Shown here: piece by piece, positions 18,555 to 27,245 of the stretch
Layout of the letters: every line of letters begins with the position of its first letter
How positions within the stretch are numbered: the stretch's first letter is position 1
Assembly: GCA_030647485.1 (NCBI GenBank)
Contig: JAUSJT010000004.1
Span: 109,088-173,087, forward strand
Origin: a bacterium
GTDB taxonomy: Bacteria; Patescibacteriota; Minisyncoccia; Minisyncoccales; UBA10102
DNA length: 64,000 nucleotides
Direction of reading: 5' to 3'
Position numbers and translations under genes: made by a program
The notes under the pieces: generated by a model
The model's input: the letters and a program-made list of their open reading frames with translations, nothing else
Database searches by the model: none
Told to the model about the DNA's origin: nothing

Positions 18555-19236
18555 ATTTGCTATTCCAGGAGCAATCCTGGCAGGCGCCCTCATTATCGCA
18601 GGAGCAGTAGTATACGGAGATGATATTAGGGAAAGGATGCAGCCGGGGAATACGCCTAGCGTAAGAGAGCAGAGGGGTGATACCCTTGTTGTTCCTACCC
18701 TTGATGTTGCTGTAGCTGCTTCTGACCATATCCGAGGGAACGTGAATGCCCAAATTACCATTGTGGAGTATTCGGATTTGGAATGCACGTTCTGCAAGAG
18801 ATTCCATGAGACTATGAATCAGGTACTTGCAGTGTATGGAGACAAGGTACGCTGGGTATACAGGCATTTCCCCTTAGACCAAATACATACGAAGGCAGAT
18901 AAAGAAGCAGAGGCTGCAGAGTGCGCAGGGGAATTGGGAGGAAACGATGCGTTCTGGGCGTATATTGATAAGATATTTGAAATTACTCCTTCCAATAACG
19001 GATTGGATCTTGCCTTATTGCCTCAAATTGCTCAGGATATGGGTTTGGATAAGGGAAAGTTTGAATCCTGTCTGTCATCAGGAAAATATGCCGAGCTTGT
19101 AGAAGCACAATTTCAGGAAGGAATGAGATTGGGAGTGAACGGAACTCCAGGAAGCTTTATAAACGGTCAACCCGTTCGCGGAGCAGTTCCTTTTGAGGCG
19201 CTTAAGGGCATGATTGACGATCAATTAGCGAAATAG
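18544..19236 (+). CDS. DsbA-like thioredoxin-fold protein with N-terminal membrane anchor
   Basis: ATG 18544 (MDNKFAIPGAILAGALIIAG...); CTFC active site in ...VEYSDLECTFCKRFH; the upstream part of ORF 18436 overlaps trxB. Confidence 0.8.
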   Translation: MDNKFAIPGAILAGALIIAGAVVYGDDIRERMQPGNTPSVREQRGDTLVVPTLDVAVAASDHIRGNVNAQITIVEYSDLECTFCKRFHETMNQVLAVYGDKVRWVYRHFPLDQIHTKADKEAEAAECAGELGGNDAFWAYIDKIFEITPSNNGLDLALLPQIAQDMGLDKGKFESCLSSGKYAELVEAQFQEGMRLGVNGTPGSFINGQPVRGAVPFEALKGMIDDQLAK

Positions 19237-19237
19237 G

Positions 19238-19930
19238 ATGAGAAGGTTTCTTGTTATTTCTCCTCATCCTGACGATGTGGACTTTTCGTGCGCTGGAACC
19301 ATAGCTAAGCTTGTAAAAGAGGGGAATCAGGTAGAAGAGCTTATCGTTTCAGACGGATCTAAAGGAAGCCATGCGGTAGGGTTTGGAGGCAAGAAGCTTG
19401 CAGGGTTGAGGAAAAAAGAACAGAGGAATGCGGGAAAGGTCCTGGGCGTAGCAGATGTTTCTTTCCTTAGTGAAACAGACGGAGAAGTGGAGAATACGAG
19501 AAATCTGCGGAAGAAACTTGTTGTCTTTATGCGGCAAAGAAAACCCGATGTGGTAATGTGTCCAGAGCCATTCTTGTTTCGTTTTGATAGGGCAGGGATT
19601 CTTCATAGAGATCATAGAAATACTGGAGAGGCGGTATTTGATGCGGTGTATCCTGCGGTAGGGAACGCATCATTCTTCCCCGAGCTTTTAAAGAAGAATC
19701 TTAAACCGCATAACGTGCAAGAGTTTTGGTTCTGGGGATCTTCAAAGCCCCAGCTTATTATTGATATATCAAAAACAATAGAGCAGAAGATCCAGGCTCT
19801 TTTCTGTCATAAGAGCCAGATACGAGACATGGAGGCTTTAGAATTGAGAATCAAGGAGTGGGCAAGAACCATGGGAAAGAAAAAGCACATGCGGTACGCA
19901 GAAGCCTTCCGAGTATTGAAGCTGGGATAA
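19238..19930 (+). CDS. PIG-L/LmbE-family deacetylase
   Basis: 230 aa; VISPHPDDVDFSCAGT, ...HRDHRNTGEAV... Confidence 0.8.
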   Translation: MRRFLVISPHPDDVDFSCAGTIAKLVKEGNQVEELIVSDGSKGSHAVGFGGKKLAGLRKKEQRNAGKVLGVADVSFLSETDGEVENTRNLRKKLVVFMRQRKPDVVMCPEPFLFRFDRAGILHRDHRNTGEAVFDAVYPAVGNASFFPELLKKNLKPHNVQEFWFWGSSKPQLIIDISKTIEQKIQALFCHKSQIRDMEALELRIKEWARTMGKKKHMRYAEAFRVLKLG

Positions 19931-20061
19931 GGGACTTGCTCTAAGCTTGTCGAAGGGCTTGACTATACTTTTTGCTTCATTTAGGGTATACTAACATAAG
20001 GAGTTCTTCTGTAAACCAAAAGGTCGCCTGTTAACACACAACATAAAACTTACATTTTTCT

Positions 20062-20226
20062 ATGGCAACTGAAGGATATTGTGTAAAGTGCAAGGCAAAG
20101 AGAGACATGACTGGCGAAAAAGAGGTAGCAATGAAGGGAAAGGGCGGAAAGACAAGAAGAGCTATGACCGGCACCTGCCCAAAGTGCGGAACCAAGATGT
20201 TCCGAATTCTAGGGAACAAGAAATAG
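20062..20226 (+). CDS. small zinc-ribbon protein (DUF5679-like)
   Basis: 54 aa MATEGYCVKCKAKRDM...GTCPKCGTKMFRILG; CxxC...CxxC; below the ORF-track size cutoff; followed by a terminator. Confidence 0.65.
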   Translation: MATEGYCVKCKAKRDMTGEKEVAMKGKGGKTRRAMTGTCPKCGTKMFRILGNKK

Positions 20227-20245
20227 GATAATCGTTCTGCTTTTG

Positions 20246-20282
20246 CCCCCACACTCATATTTGAGTAGTGGGGGTTTGTGTT
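20246..20282 (+). terminator. intrinsic terminator
   Basis: CCCCCACACTCA-tatt-TGAGTAGTGGGGG followed by TTTGTGTT. Confidence 0.7.
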
Positions 20283-20293
20283 ATGCTGAATAT

Positions 20294-21139
20294 ATGCAGA
20301 AGAAAAGGATATACGTTATTGGAGGATTAGCGCTTTTGTTTCTGATTGCTGTTTCTCTTTGGAGCGAAGTCTTGAACGCAGGTTCTTTGGAGGTTACATT
20401 CTTTGACGTGGGTCAGGGAGACGCCTCATTCGTCCGTACTTCCCAAGGGCAGCAAATTGTCATTGACGGAGGGTCAGACAACGCCATCTTGACACAACTT
20501 GCCCAAAAGATTCCTTTTTGGGACAAAACCATTGATCTGCTTATTCTTTCTCATCCTGCGAAAGATCATGTGGCTGGTTTCGTTGACGTCATGGAGAAGT
20601 ACAAGGTGAAGAACATCGTATGGAATGGAATTCGCAAGGATACAGAAATTTTTAAGGCATGGGAACGAGCTTTAGAACAAGAGAAGGCAGAAGGCGCGAT
20701 TGTGTCCGTTGTAAGAGCTCCCGGAAAGATTTCTTTAGAGAGCAAGGGGTGTCCTCAATTTCTTGATATCTTATATCCCATTGATGACATTGCTGGGAAA
20801 ATCTTTGTAGACGACAATGACACAGCTCTTGTAGTTCGCCTTGTTTCATGCGATCACTCCGTGCTTTTCACGGGAGATCTCACTCAAAAAGGAGAGAAAC
20901 AAATCCTTGAGAATACTTATGATGTGAATTCAGATGTGTTGAAGGTAGGGCATCATGGGAGCAAGACCTCAAGTTCCAAAGAGTTTATTGAAGCAGTAAG
21001 TCCGGATATTGCGGTCATCTCTTCAGGGGAGGGGAATTCTTACGGGCATCCCCACGAAGAGGTTCTTGCAAGATTCCTGGAATTTGGTATAGATATATTG
21101 AGAACTGATGAATTAGGAGATATTACTTTACGTTTTTAA
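20294..21139 (+). CDS. ComEC/Rec2-related metallo-beta-lactamase domain protein with N-terminal TM
   Basis: ATG 20294 (MQKKRIYVIGGLALLFL); FFDVGQGDA..., LSHPAKDH, VGHHGSKTSSS. Confidence 0.8.
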   Translation: MQKKRIYVIGGLALLFLIAVSLWSEVLNAGSLEVTFFDVGQGDASFVRTSQGQQIVIDGGSDNAILTQLAQKIPFWDKTIDLLILSHPAKDHVAGFVDVMEKYKVKNIVWNGIRKDTEIFKAWERALEQEKAEGAIVSVVRAPGKISLESKGCPQFLDILYPIDDIAGKIFVDDNDTALVVRLVSCDHSVLFTGDLTQKGEKQILENTYDVNSDVLKVGHHGSKTSSSKEFIEAVSPDIAVISSGEGNSYGHPHEEVLARFLEFGIDILRTDELGDITLRF

Positions 21140-21142
21140 TAT

Positions 21143-21745
21143 ATGCATCCAAAAGAAGAACAAACGCTTGTGCTGATAAAGCCAGATGGTATTCAGCGCT
21201 CTCTCATGGGAGAGATTATTTCGCGCTATGAAAGAGCTGGATTAAAGATGGTTGGGTTAAAGATGCTTGTCCCAACTCCTGACATGATAGAGAAACATTA
21301 TACGTTAGATCCCACATGGAGGCAGAGAAACGGAGAAAAGACCATTGCGAGCTACAAGGCAAAGGGATTGAATCCGCCCTCTGAAGATCCTTTGGAGCTT
21401 TCAGGGAAAACACTAGGGAATCTGAAAAAGTATCTTTCTGCGGGACCCGTCATAGCAATGGTTTGGGAAGGAGCCCATGCCGTGGCCATAGTAAAGAAAC
21501 TCACAGGCACTACAGAGCCCTTAACTTCTGACGTAGGTACCATACGAGGAGACTTTGTGATTGATTCATACGAAATGTCAGATATGGATGGCAGGGCAGT
21601 ACGGAATCTTACGCATATGTCAGGATCTATCAAAGAGGCCGAAGAGGAGATAGGGCTTTGGTTTTCTGAAAAGGAGCTCATTTCTTACAAAGTTATTCAC
21701 GAAAAAATTCTCTACGACGTAAACCTTGACGGCATCCTTGAATGA
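21143..21745 (+). CDS. ndk: nucleoside-diphosphate kinase (long form with internal insertion)
   Basis: 200 aa; TLVLIKPDGIQRSLMGEIISRYERAGLKMVGLKM, ...TIRGDF..., NLTHMSGS. Confidence 0.85.
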   Translation: MHPKEEQTLVLIKPDGIQRSLMGEIISRYERAGLKMVGLKMLVPTPDMIEKHYTLDPTWRQRNGEKTIASYKAKGLNPPSEDPLELSGKTLGNLKKYLSAGPVIAMVWEGAHAVAIVKKLTGTTEPLTSDVGTIRGDFVIDSYEMSDMDGRAVRNLTHMSGSIKEAEEEIGLWFSEKELISYKVIHEKILYDVNLDGILE

Positions 21746-21800
21746 ACTTGTTGAACTTGTTGAAATTAAAAGTCAACAAGTCAAAGTCAATAAGTCAAAG
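21744..21800. repeat. cluster of short direct/inverted repeats downstream of ndk
   Basis: GAACTTGTT x2 in tandem; ACTTGTTGA-aattaaaag-TCAACAAGT hairpin; AGTCAA x4 at 21771, 21779, 21785 and 21793. Confidence 0.6.
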
Positions 21801-21813
21801 AAGATATGGTGTT

Positions 21814-21850
21814 TAAAAAAAAGACCCCTATCTGCCTTCAGACAGGGGTC
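21814..21850 (-). terminator. intrinsic terminator of the minus-strand gene
   Basis: Minus strand reads GACCCCT-gtctgaaggcagat-AGGGGTC followed by T9; the stop codon lies inside the stem. Confidence 0.75.
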
Positions 21851-22229
21851 CTTCTAACTTCTGGAAGTTCCTTAGAGTTTTCTCCCCCGCAGGCGTGATG
21901 GAGAGACATTGTGTTAAATGGCCATCTATATTTTTTCTGGTTACGCGTATTGATCCTTCGTATGCAAGCGCATCTCTAGCTGAGCTCCCCGTGGTGTCAG
22001 TCAACTCCAGTGCCGTATACGCCTGCCCGGAAGGTGTTCCTGGATTTTCGCAAACAAACCTAAGGAACTTTATTTCTTCCTCTGCGTCTCTGTGGAGGCG
22101 TTTCGCCTTTTTTTCTTCTGCTTTTGCTTCCCTCTCCTTTTGCAATTTCAGTCTCTTGGGTTCAATACTTGGACCCCTGCGGTCAGAGGGGACTAGAAGA
22201 GTCCCGCTAAAACTGCTCGTCCTCGGCAT
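21828..22229 (-). CDS. hypothetical protein, Lys/Glu-rich N-terminal half plus possible winged-helix C-terminal half
   Basis: ATG 22229 (MPRTSSF...) preceded by AGGAGGGAG; the ORF-track start at 22268 lacks an RBS. Confidence 0.55.
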   Translation of the reverse strand: MPRTSSFSGTLLVPSDRRGPSIEPKRLKLQKEREAKAEEKKAKRLHRDAEEEIKFLRFVCENPGTPSGQAYTALELTDTTGSSARDALAYEGSIRVTRKNIDGHLTQCLSITPAGEKTLRNFQKLEGPLSEGR

Positions 22230-22348
22230 ATTCTCCCTCCTTTTAGCGATACGATTTTGAAGGTGCAACTATTCTTGCTTCTATTATAGACGTATCCTAT
22301 GAAGATTTTTAACTTTTGTCAAACTTACTTGACTGGTTTCTTGGGCTA

Positions 22349-23515
22349 TCATGGCTCTTTCGATTGGGAGGTTTTTGCCAGCACGCTTCCGAGAGGCGTG
22401 GCAATCAAGAGGAGAACGGCAAGAAGCGTGAGACCCCCGTTGGCCAGAAAGATGTATGAGATGCCGAAGTTCTCTGAGATTACCCCGGAAATGAAGGGTC
22501 CAAGAAGGAATCCTGCGGCATATATAGTTTGGAATATCCCCATTGCTTCATTGCGGTGTTCAATCGGCAGGTCTTCAACGCTCAAGGACATAAGGGTTGA
22601 AAACACGATTCCAAGGCCAGCTCCCACAACAACATGGAGCAGGGAAAGGCCGAGGATGCTGCCAGACAGTGGAATGAGCAGGGTTGCCGCTCCTGCCATT
22701 CCCAAACCGCCAGCAACAATGTTCTTTACTCCAAACTTGTTTCGCGGGACATAGGAGAACCGGATTCCCAGAGCATAGGGCCCAAGCATGGCAAGGGCTA
22801 TGATGCCAAGCTGCAGAGGGGTTGCTCCAAACTCTTGGAACGCGAAGTTCGTGGTGAATCCCCACACTGTGGATGTTCCTAGAAAGAACAGCAGAGCCGC
22901 AAGGAAGGAAACCAGGATGAGCCGTGTATTTTTGAGCTTGGCAAGCAGAAGCTCTCGATGGAAGGAATACGAGAATACCACCTTTTCCTGCTCTGGCAGA
23001 AGAACGGCCATGGAAATGAGCGCGACCGCGAGTCCCGCCCAAAAGGGTGCGTGCCAGCCCCAGTATTCCGCGAGTATGCCCCCTGCTATGCCTCCAATGG
23101 TTATCCCCATGCCGTAGGTCAGCGTTATCTGCGCCATGGCTTTTGGAAGCTCATCCTTCCGGTGGTGGTTTACGTACAGGATGCTGTAGACAATCCAGAA
23201 TCCTGCCCCTGCTCCCAAAATGAATCTTGAGATGAGAAGAGTTGCAGGATGCGGCACAAGGGGAACTATTGCGTTCCCGAGGGCTATGAGGAACAGCCCG
23301 AAAAACAGAAGAGGCTTCTGGTGGAGCATTTTTCCTGAAATGATTCCTATGGGAATGCGCGCCAAGAGCAATGCTCCGCCAAACAGACCGTTCATGACCC
23401 CCACCAAAAGCGGGGAGAGCTCTGCAACTGTTTCTGCTTGCACAGAAACGGTTGATACGCTAAGGTACAGGGCGATCCAGAACAAAAGACCTGAGTTCCA
23501 TAGCCACTTCATCAT
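22349..23515 (-). CDS. MFS transporter
   Basis: 388 aa, about 12 TM segments, typical MFS loop motifs (...LLARIPIGIISGKM...). Confidence 0.8.
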   Translation of the reverse strand: MMKWLWNSGLLFWIALYLSVSTVSVQAETVAELSPLLVGVMNGLFGGALLLARIPIGIISGKMLHQKPLLFFGLFLIALGNAIVPLVPHPATLLISRFILGAGAGFWIVYSILYVNHHRKDELPKAMAQITLTYGMGITIGGIAGGILAEYWGWHAPFWAGLAVALISMAVLLPEQEKVVFSYSFHRELLLAKLKNTRLILVSFLAALLFFLGTSTVWGFTTNFAFQEFGATPLQLGIIALAMLGPYALGIRFSYVPRNKFGVKNIVAGGLGMAGAATLLIPLSGSILGLSLLHVVVGAGLGIVFSTLMSLSVEDLPIEHRNEAMGIFQTIYAAGFLLGPFISGVISENFGISYIFLANGGLTLLAVLLLIATPLGSVLAKTSQSKEP

Positions 23516-23517
23516 GA

Positions 23518-25260
23518 TTATTCTCCTTCGTATGCCCCTTTTGGCATATCTTTCGTTAGAATAGGGAACTGCAAGGTGAAAGTGGTCCCTTTGTCCTCTT
23601 CCGATTCAAACAGGATAACTCCATTATGCCGTTTCACAATTTCATTTGCAATCCATAACCCAAGACCAGATCCTTCGGTTTGGGCGTGAACGGCATTGCG
23701 GGCCCGAAAGAACTTAGTGAAAATGAATTTTTGCTGATCCTTTGGAATTCCAATCCCCGGATCTTTTACATCTAGTGCAATAGAAGATGATCCTTGGTGG
23801 AATGAAATATCAATGGAGCCCTTGCGGGTGTATTTTATGGCATTGTCAATGACGTTGGAGATGGCCATTTTTAGCTTGTTGGGATCTGCAGAAATCGTTT
23901 GCAGCTTCTGTTCTGCCTTATGAAAAGAGACGCGGACCTCTTTTTTATTTTCAATAATGGAAGGCAGGTCCTGCAATGTTTCATTCACCAGAAGTTGGAG
24001 GTCAACATTCCTGAACTTATATCCGAATCGCCCCTCTTCAATGCGGGAAGCGTCAAGGAGGTCGCTGACCAAAGCTATGAGCCTGTCGTTTGCCTCGGCA
24101 GTTTTTCTAAGGAGATTTGCCTGTTCTGCGGTAAGCGTTCCAAGGTCCTTGCTTTGAAGCGTGGAGAGCGACCACTTGATCCCAGAAAGCGGAGTGCGGA
24201 GCTGATGGGAAGCAATGGTGATGAAGCTGGATTTTAATTCCTCTGCTTCTTTTGCAGCTGTAATATCATGGAGAATGCGAATGGATCCTATCTTTTGGTC
24301 CCTTGGATCTCGTACGGGGAGATGGGTTACTTCAAGGGTTATGCGTTGGGGATCTGTCATTTTGAATTCTGCGCTTTGGAATTCTCCAAGTCGAAGACCG
24401 GAGATCTCTTTGAGGTTCTTGATCATGTGCTTTTCTGTTCCCGTTGCATGGATTGTTCGGAGATCTTTTCCTAGAACCAGTTTTTTTTGTATCCAGAGAA
24501 GCTCCTCTGCCCTTGGGTTGAATGCAGTAATGTTATTCTCCAGATCATACATGATGAGCCCGTCTGAAAGGCTATTAAGCATTGCAAGGGTGTTGTTGCG
24601 TTCAGTCGCAAGCTCATTGAAAATCTGGGCATTGGTGATGGAAGTTGCAGCCTGATTTGCCGCCACCGTTACCAGGCGCATCTCAAAATCGGAAAACTCA
24701 TGCACATCGGGATAGTACACGCACATTCCACCAATAGGTCCCCTCTTGCTGATTGTGGGAACGCAAAGAAGTGCGCGATAATCTTGCTTCTTGATTGCCT
24801 TTCCCCACGCAGGTCCAAGATCTGCCACGAAGTTGGGATCGGTTAAGATGTCGTTCGTGCTCCACGCCCTTCCGCTTTTAATTGCTCGTCCAATCCAGGC
24901 CTTTCCGATTTTGATGGGATGAGTGCGTGAATGCTCAATGTAGGATTGCTGCATTCCATACGCGGCTGCAATATACGTAGCTTTTTTATCTGGAGTAAGC
25001 TCCCAGAAGTTAACCCACTTGGCCCCAAGCGTTTTTGCTACAATGGTTGCCATGTCCTCGAGAATTTTTTGGAGCTGTACCTCTACCGTTAATACATGGG
25101 AAACTTTTTCAAGGGCATAGAGAAGTTCTTGCTGTCCCTGGATTTCTTTTTTATCAACGAGATGTTTAGACTCCCTTGGTTTATTAAAAATAGTGCGGGT
25201 ACGTCCTTTACGAGAAAGGGGAGATGTGGATAAGTTGTTTCTTGCGCGGGTAGTATTCAT
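23518..25260 (-). CDS. sensor histidine kinase (GAF-PAS-HisKA-HATPase_c), no adjacent response regulator
   Basis: 580 aa; H-box ASHQLRTPLSGI, N/G boxes ...DNAIKYT..., DPGIGI, GSGLGLWIA. Confidence 0.88.
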   Translation of the reverse strand: MNTTRARNNLSTSPLSRKGRTRTIFNKPRESKHLVDKKEIQGQQELLYALEKVSHVLTVEVQLQKILEDMATIVAKTLGAKWVNFWELTPDKKATYIAAAYGMQQSYIEHSRTHPIKIGKAWIGRAIKSGRAWSTNDILTDPNFVADLGPAWGKAIKKQDYRALLCVPTISKRGPIGGMCVYYPDVHEFSDFEMRLVTVAANQAATSITNAQIFNELATERNNTLAMLNSLSDGLIMYDLENNITAFNPRAEELLWIQKKLVLGKDLRTIHATGTEKHMIKNLKEISGLRLGEFQSAEFKMTDPQRITLEVTHLPVRDPRDQKIGSIRILHDITAAKEAEELKSSFITIASHQLRTPLSGIKWSLSTLQSKDLGTLTAEQANLLRKTAEANDRLIALVSDLLDASRIEEGRFGYKFRNVDLQLLVNETLQDLPSIIENKKEVRVSFHKAEQKLQTISADPNKLKMAISNVIDNAIKYTRKGSIDISFHQGSSSIALDVKDPGIGIPKDQQKFIFTKFFRARNAVHAQTEGSGLGLWIANEIVKRHNGVILFESEEDKGTTFTLQFPILTKDMPKGAYEGE

Positions 25261-25347
25261 GTATAATAAAAAGGTAGAGAGTTCGTTAAAGGTCGTATTC
25301 TGTCTTGTCCTAATTATATCATACCAACTAATACTTGAAAGAATATT

Positions 25348-25902
25348 ATGACATTTGGAAAATTCTTGCCTGTAGCCGTATCGGTTGGGCTTCTTGCCGC
25401 GCTATGGGTTGCGGTGGGATCTGCGTATGCTTTGGTGCTGTGGGTGCCATTTTTGAGCTGGGCTTTGGTATTTGGAGCAGGAGCAGGGAAACTAAGCCGC
25501 GTACCAAAAGAGATTATTGCCTTGATCGGAGGAACCATCGCAGGAGTACTCGTGGTATATTTGCTTCCGAGCTTCAACTCTCTGCTTGGGGATACGCTTG
25601 GTTTGCCAGCGCTGGTATTCCTTGCAGGCACCTCCATTGTGCTCCTCGAACTTACCAATTGGTTTGAACTGGCTCCTGCCTATTTTTATAGCTTTGCCGG
25701 GTTTTTTGCCTATTTGTTTGGAGGTTTCGCAGGGCCTGCCGGGATGACCGTTGCTTCCATTACGATGTACCTCGTGTTGCTTTTCGTGGGAACGGGGTTG
25801 GGAGTTATCACGGTGTTCATGAGAACCTTTTTGCTTGACTTAATGAAGGTTCCTTTGGATCAGCGCCAAACAATTTTTGACAAGGAAAGAAAAGTTTCGT
25901 AG
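25348..25902 (+). CDS. hypothetical integral membrane protein
   Basis: 184 aa, 5-6 hydrophobic segments; family not recognised with confidence. Confidence 0.6.
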   Translation: MTFGKFLPVAVSVGLLAALWVAVGSAYALVLWVPFLSWALVFGAGAGKLSRVPKEIIALIGGTIAGVLVVYLLPSFNSLLGDTLGLPALVFLAGTSIVLLELTNWFELAPAYFYSFAGFFAYLFGGFAGPAGMTVASITMYLVLLFVGTGLGVITVFMRTFLLDLMKVPLDQRQTIFDKERKVS

Positions 25903-25918
25903 TGATACGGGGAGAAAG

Positions 25919-25948
25919 TTGACTGGCTTGTTGACAAAAAGGTATAAT
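25919..25948 (+). promoter_or_regulatory. sigma70-type promoter of the sRNA candidate
   Basis: TTGACT-18 nt-TATAAT. Confidence 0.6.
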
Positions 25949-25954
25949 GAAAGT

Positions 25955-26122
25955 AGCCCTGTGTTCCTTTCTATGTGATTTCTACTATACACTTCTTTAG
26001 GAAACTGGATACAGTGTGTCCACCTTGGTGAACACCTTAGGTTTCCACCTTGGATCTTCGTAGGATAATCTAATAGAAAGGGAGCAGGGTTCAAAAAAGC
26101 ACCGCGAGAGCGGTGTTTTTTT
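25955..26122 (+). ncRNA. candidate small RNA of unknown class (about 165 nt)
   Basis: Promoter upstream, no plausible ORF, closing helix 25956-25974/26073-26090, internal hairpins, TCCACCTTGG x2, and a GCACCGC-gaga-GCGGTG + T7 terminator. Confidence 0.45.
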
Positions 26123-26131
26123 GGTGGTCTG

Positions 26132-26782
26132 CTAATCGTATGTTTTCCCTCCTCCGCTTCCGGGGATAAACTCTGGACCCTTATTCCGCCAGCGGTTTAT
26201 AAAGTCAGTGATGCGTTGTTCGTCCACAGTTCCGTCTGGGTTGAGGCTAAAAGTGTCTAACCTATTCCATGCAGCTAACGCGATATCCATGTCATTTGCA
26301 GATCGCGGAGTGAGCACAGTTCCACCGTACTTTTTGAGAAGTTCTTCAAGAGTTTTTTTCGTTTGTTCGGGTATAGAGGGTTTGTATGAAACCCATACTC
26401 TTCCGTGCTCCAAGCTGTGCACGATTGCCTCGTCTGGCTTTTCTGTGTTATATATTCCGTCTGCCAAGGGCTCTGACCAGTGATTTCCTGAAGTTGGGGG
26501 ATTAGAGTTGTATTCTACCGTGGTTCCTTCCGATAGGTGTGTTCTTCCTTCGTCCGGTATGGCTTTTGAAAAATCAGGTTCAGAAGTTTGCCCTTTGGAA
26601 CCGAAGAGAAAGAACGACCCAATAATTCCTACGATTGCAAGAATACCCAAACCCCACAGCGCTATCTTTTTCATACCCTTTTTGTTTTTCTCCTGGGATT
26701 TTTGTTCTTGTTTTTCTGCTCTCTTAGATGCTCTTCTCTCTTTTCTGGTGAGAGGTTGCATAGGTGTAGTTTCTTGTTCCAT
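26132..26782 (-). CDS. DUF3105-like membrane-anchored protein
   Basis: 216 aa; N-terminal Lys-rich tail plus TM; ...PPTSGNHW..., VHSLEHGRVWVSY. Confidence 0.55.
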   Translation of the reverse strand: MEQETTPMQPLTRKERRASKRAEKQEQKSQEKNKKGMKKIALWGLGILAIVGIIGSFFLFGSKGQTSEPDFSKAIPDEGRTHLSEGTTVEYNSNPPTSGNHWSEPLADGIYNTEKPDEAIVHSLEHGRVWVSYKPSIPEQTKKTLEELLKKYGGTVLTPRSANDMDIALAAWNRLDTFSLNPDGTVDEQRITDFINRWRNKGPEFIPGSGGGKTYD

Positions 26783-26789
26783 AGAATGA

Positions 26790-27101
26790 TTATACCACGC
26801 CAGTTGTTATTTGTTGAATACGTTTTGCTTCTCTTTCTACAACTGGTCCGTCATACTCTCCGCTATGCGCACGAGAACCTTGGTAGCTGGGTTGTTTTTG
26901 GTCTAGGTGCAGTTCAAGCGTTGCCCTCGTATTATCTGGAGATATTCTTGAGTAGATATGGAAACGTGGATAGCGCCTGCCCATGAGGGGACGAGTCCAC
27001 TTCTGTTCTCCTGTGCTTTCATCTGCGCCTTCTGGAGCGTATCCGCAGTGCCGCATGATCGAAAGTATATTGTCTCTTGAGAGCGTGATTTCAATCCTCA
27101 T
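26790..27101 (-). CDS. hypothetical protein
   Basis: ATG 27101 (MRIEITLSRDNILSIMRH...); the longer ORF-track version would run into the tRNA gene. Confidence 0.5.
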   Translation of the reverse strand: MRIEITLSRDNILSIMRHCGYAPEGADESTGEQKWTRPLMGRRYPRFHIYSRISPDNTRATLELHLDQKQPSYQGSRAHSGEYDGPVVEREAKRIQQITTGVV

Positions 27102-27129
27102 GATAAAGCATTGAGTTATGCTCAATATG

Positions 27130-27201
27130 TCGGGGCAGTGGGAGTCGGACCCACCGTCACATTCACCCCAAGAATGCATGTTGCCGCTACACTATGCCCC
27201 G
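27130..27201 (-). tRNA. tRNA-Pro (anticodon GGG)
   Basis: Hand-folded cloverleaf: acceptor CGGGGCA/TGCCCCG, D arm GTGT/ACAT with GG loop, anticodon stem CATTC/GAATG with loop TTGGGGT, T arm GTGGG/CCCAC; no encoded CCA; T-loop TCCGACT is atypical. Confidence 0.75.
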
Positions 27202-27245
27202 CATTGGATTCTTTTTCAATGCAATTTCTAGTATAATAGATAAAC

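Noticed and set aside
20031-20258. 75-codon minus-strand ORF
   Set aside because: The plus strand here encodes a 54-aa CxxC...CxxC zinc-ribbon protein followed by a terminator, which is the better explanation.
22299-23564. Several plus-strand ORFs (82-151 codons) opposite the MFS transporter
   Set aside because: The minus-strand frame encodes a coherent 12-TM protein, so the plus-strand frames are artefacts.
25955-26122. Assigning the sRNA candidate to SRP RNA, 6S RNA, tmRNA or RNase P RNA
   Set aside because: I could not find the SRP helix-8 GNAR loop with AGCA/GGAA motifs, the RNase P GGAAAGTCC / ACAGAA P4 strands, or tRNA-like tmRNA ends. The 6S class cannot be excluded by eye, so the class is left open.
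27193-27201. TATGCCCCG at the 5' end of tRNA-Pro resembling the element end TATG|CCCCGTA
   Set aside because: It is simply the complement of the tRNA acceptor stem (CGGGGCATA). No matching TIR or second TATG lies nearby, so it is considered coincidental.
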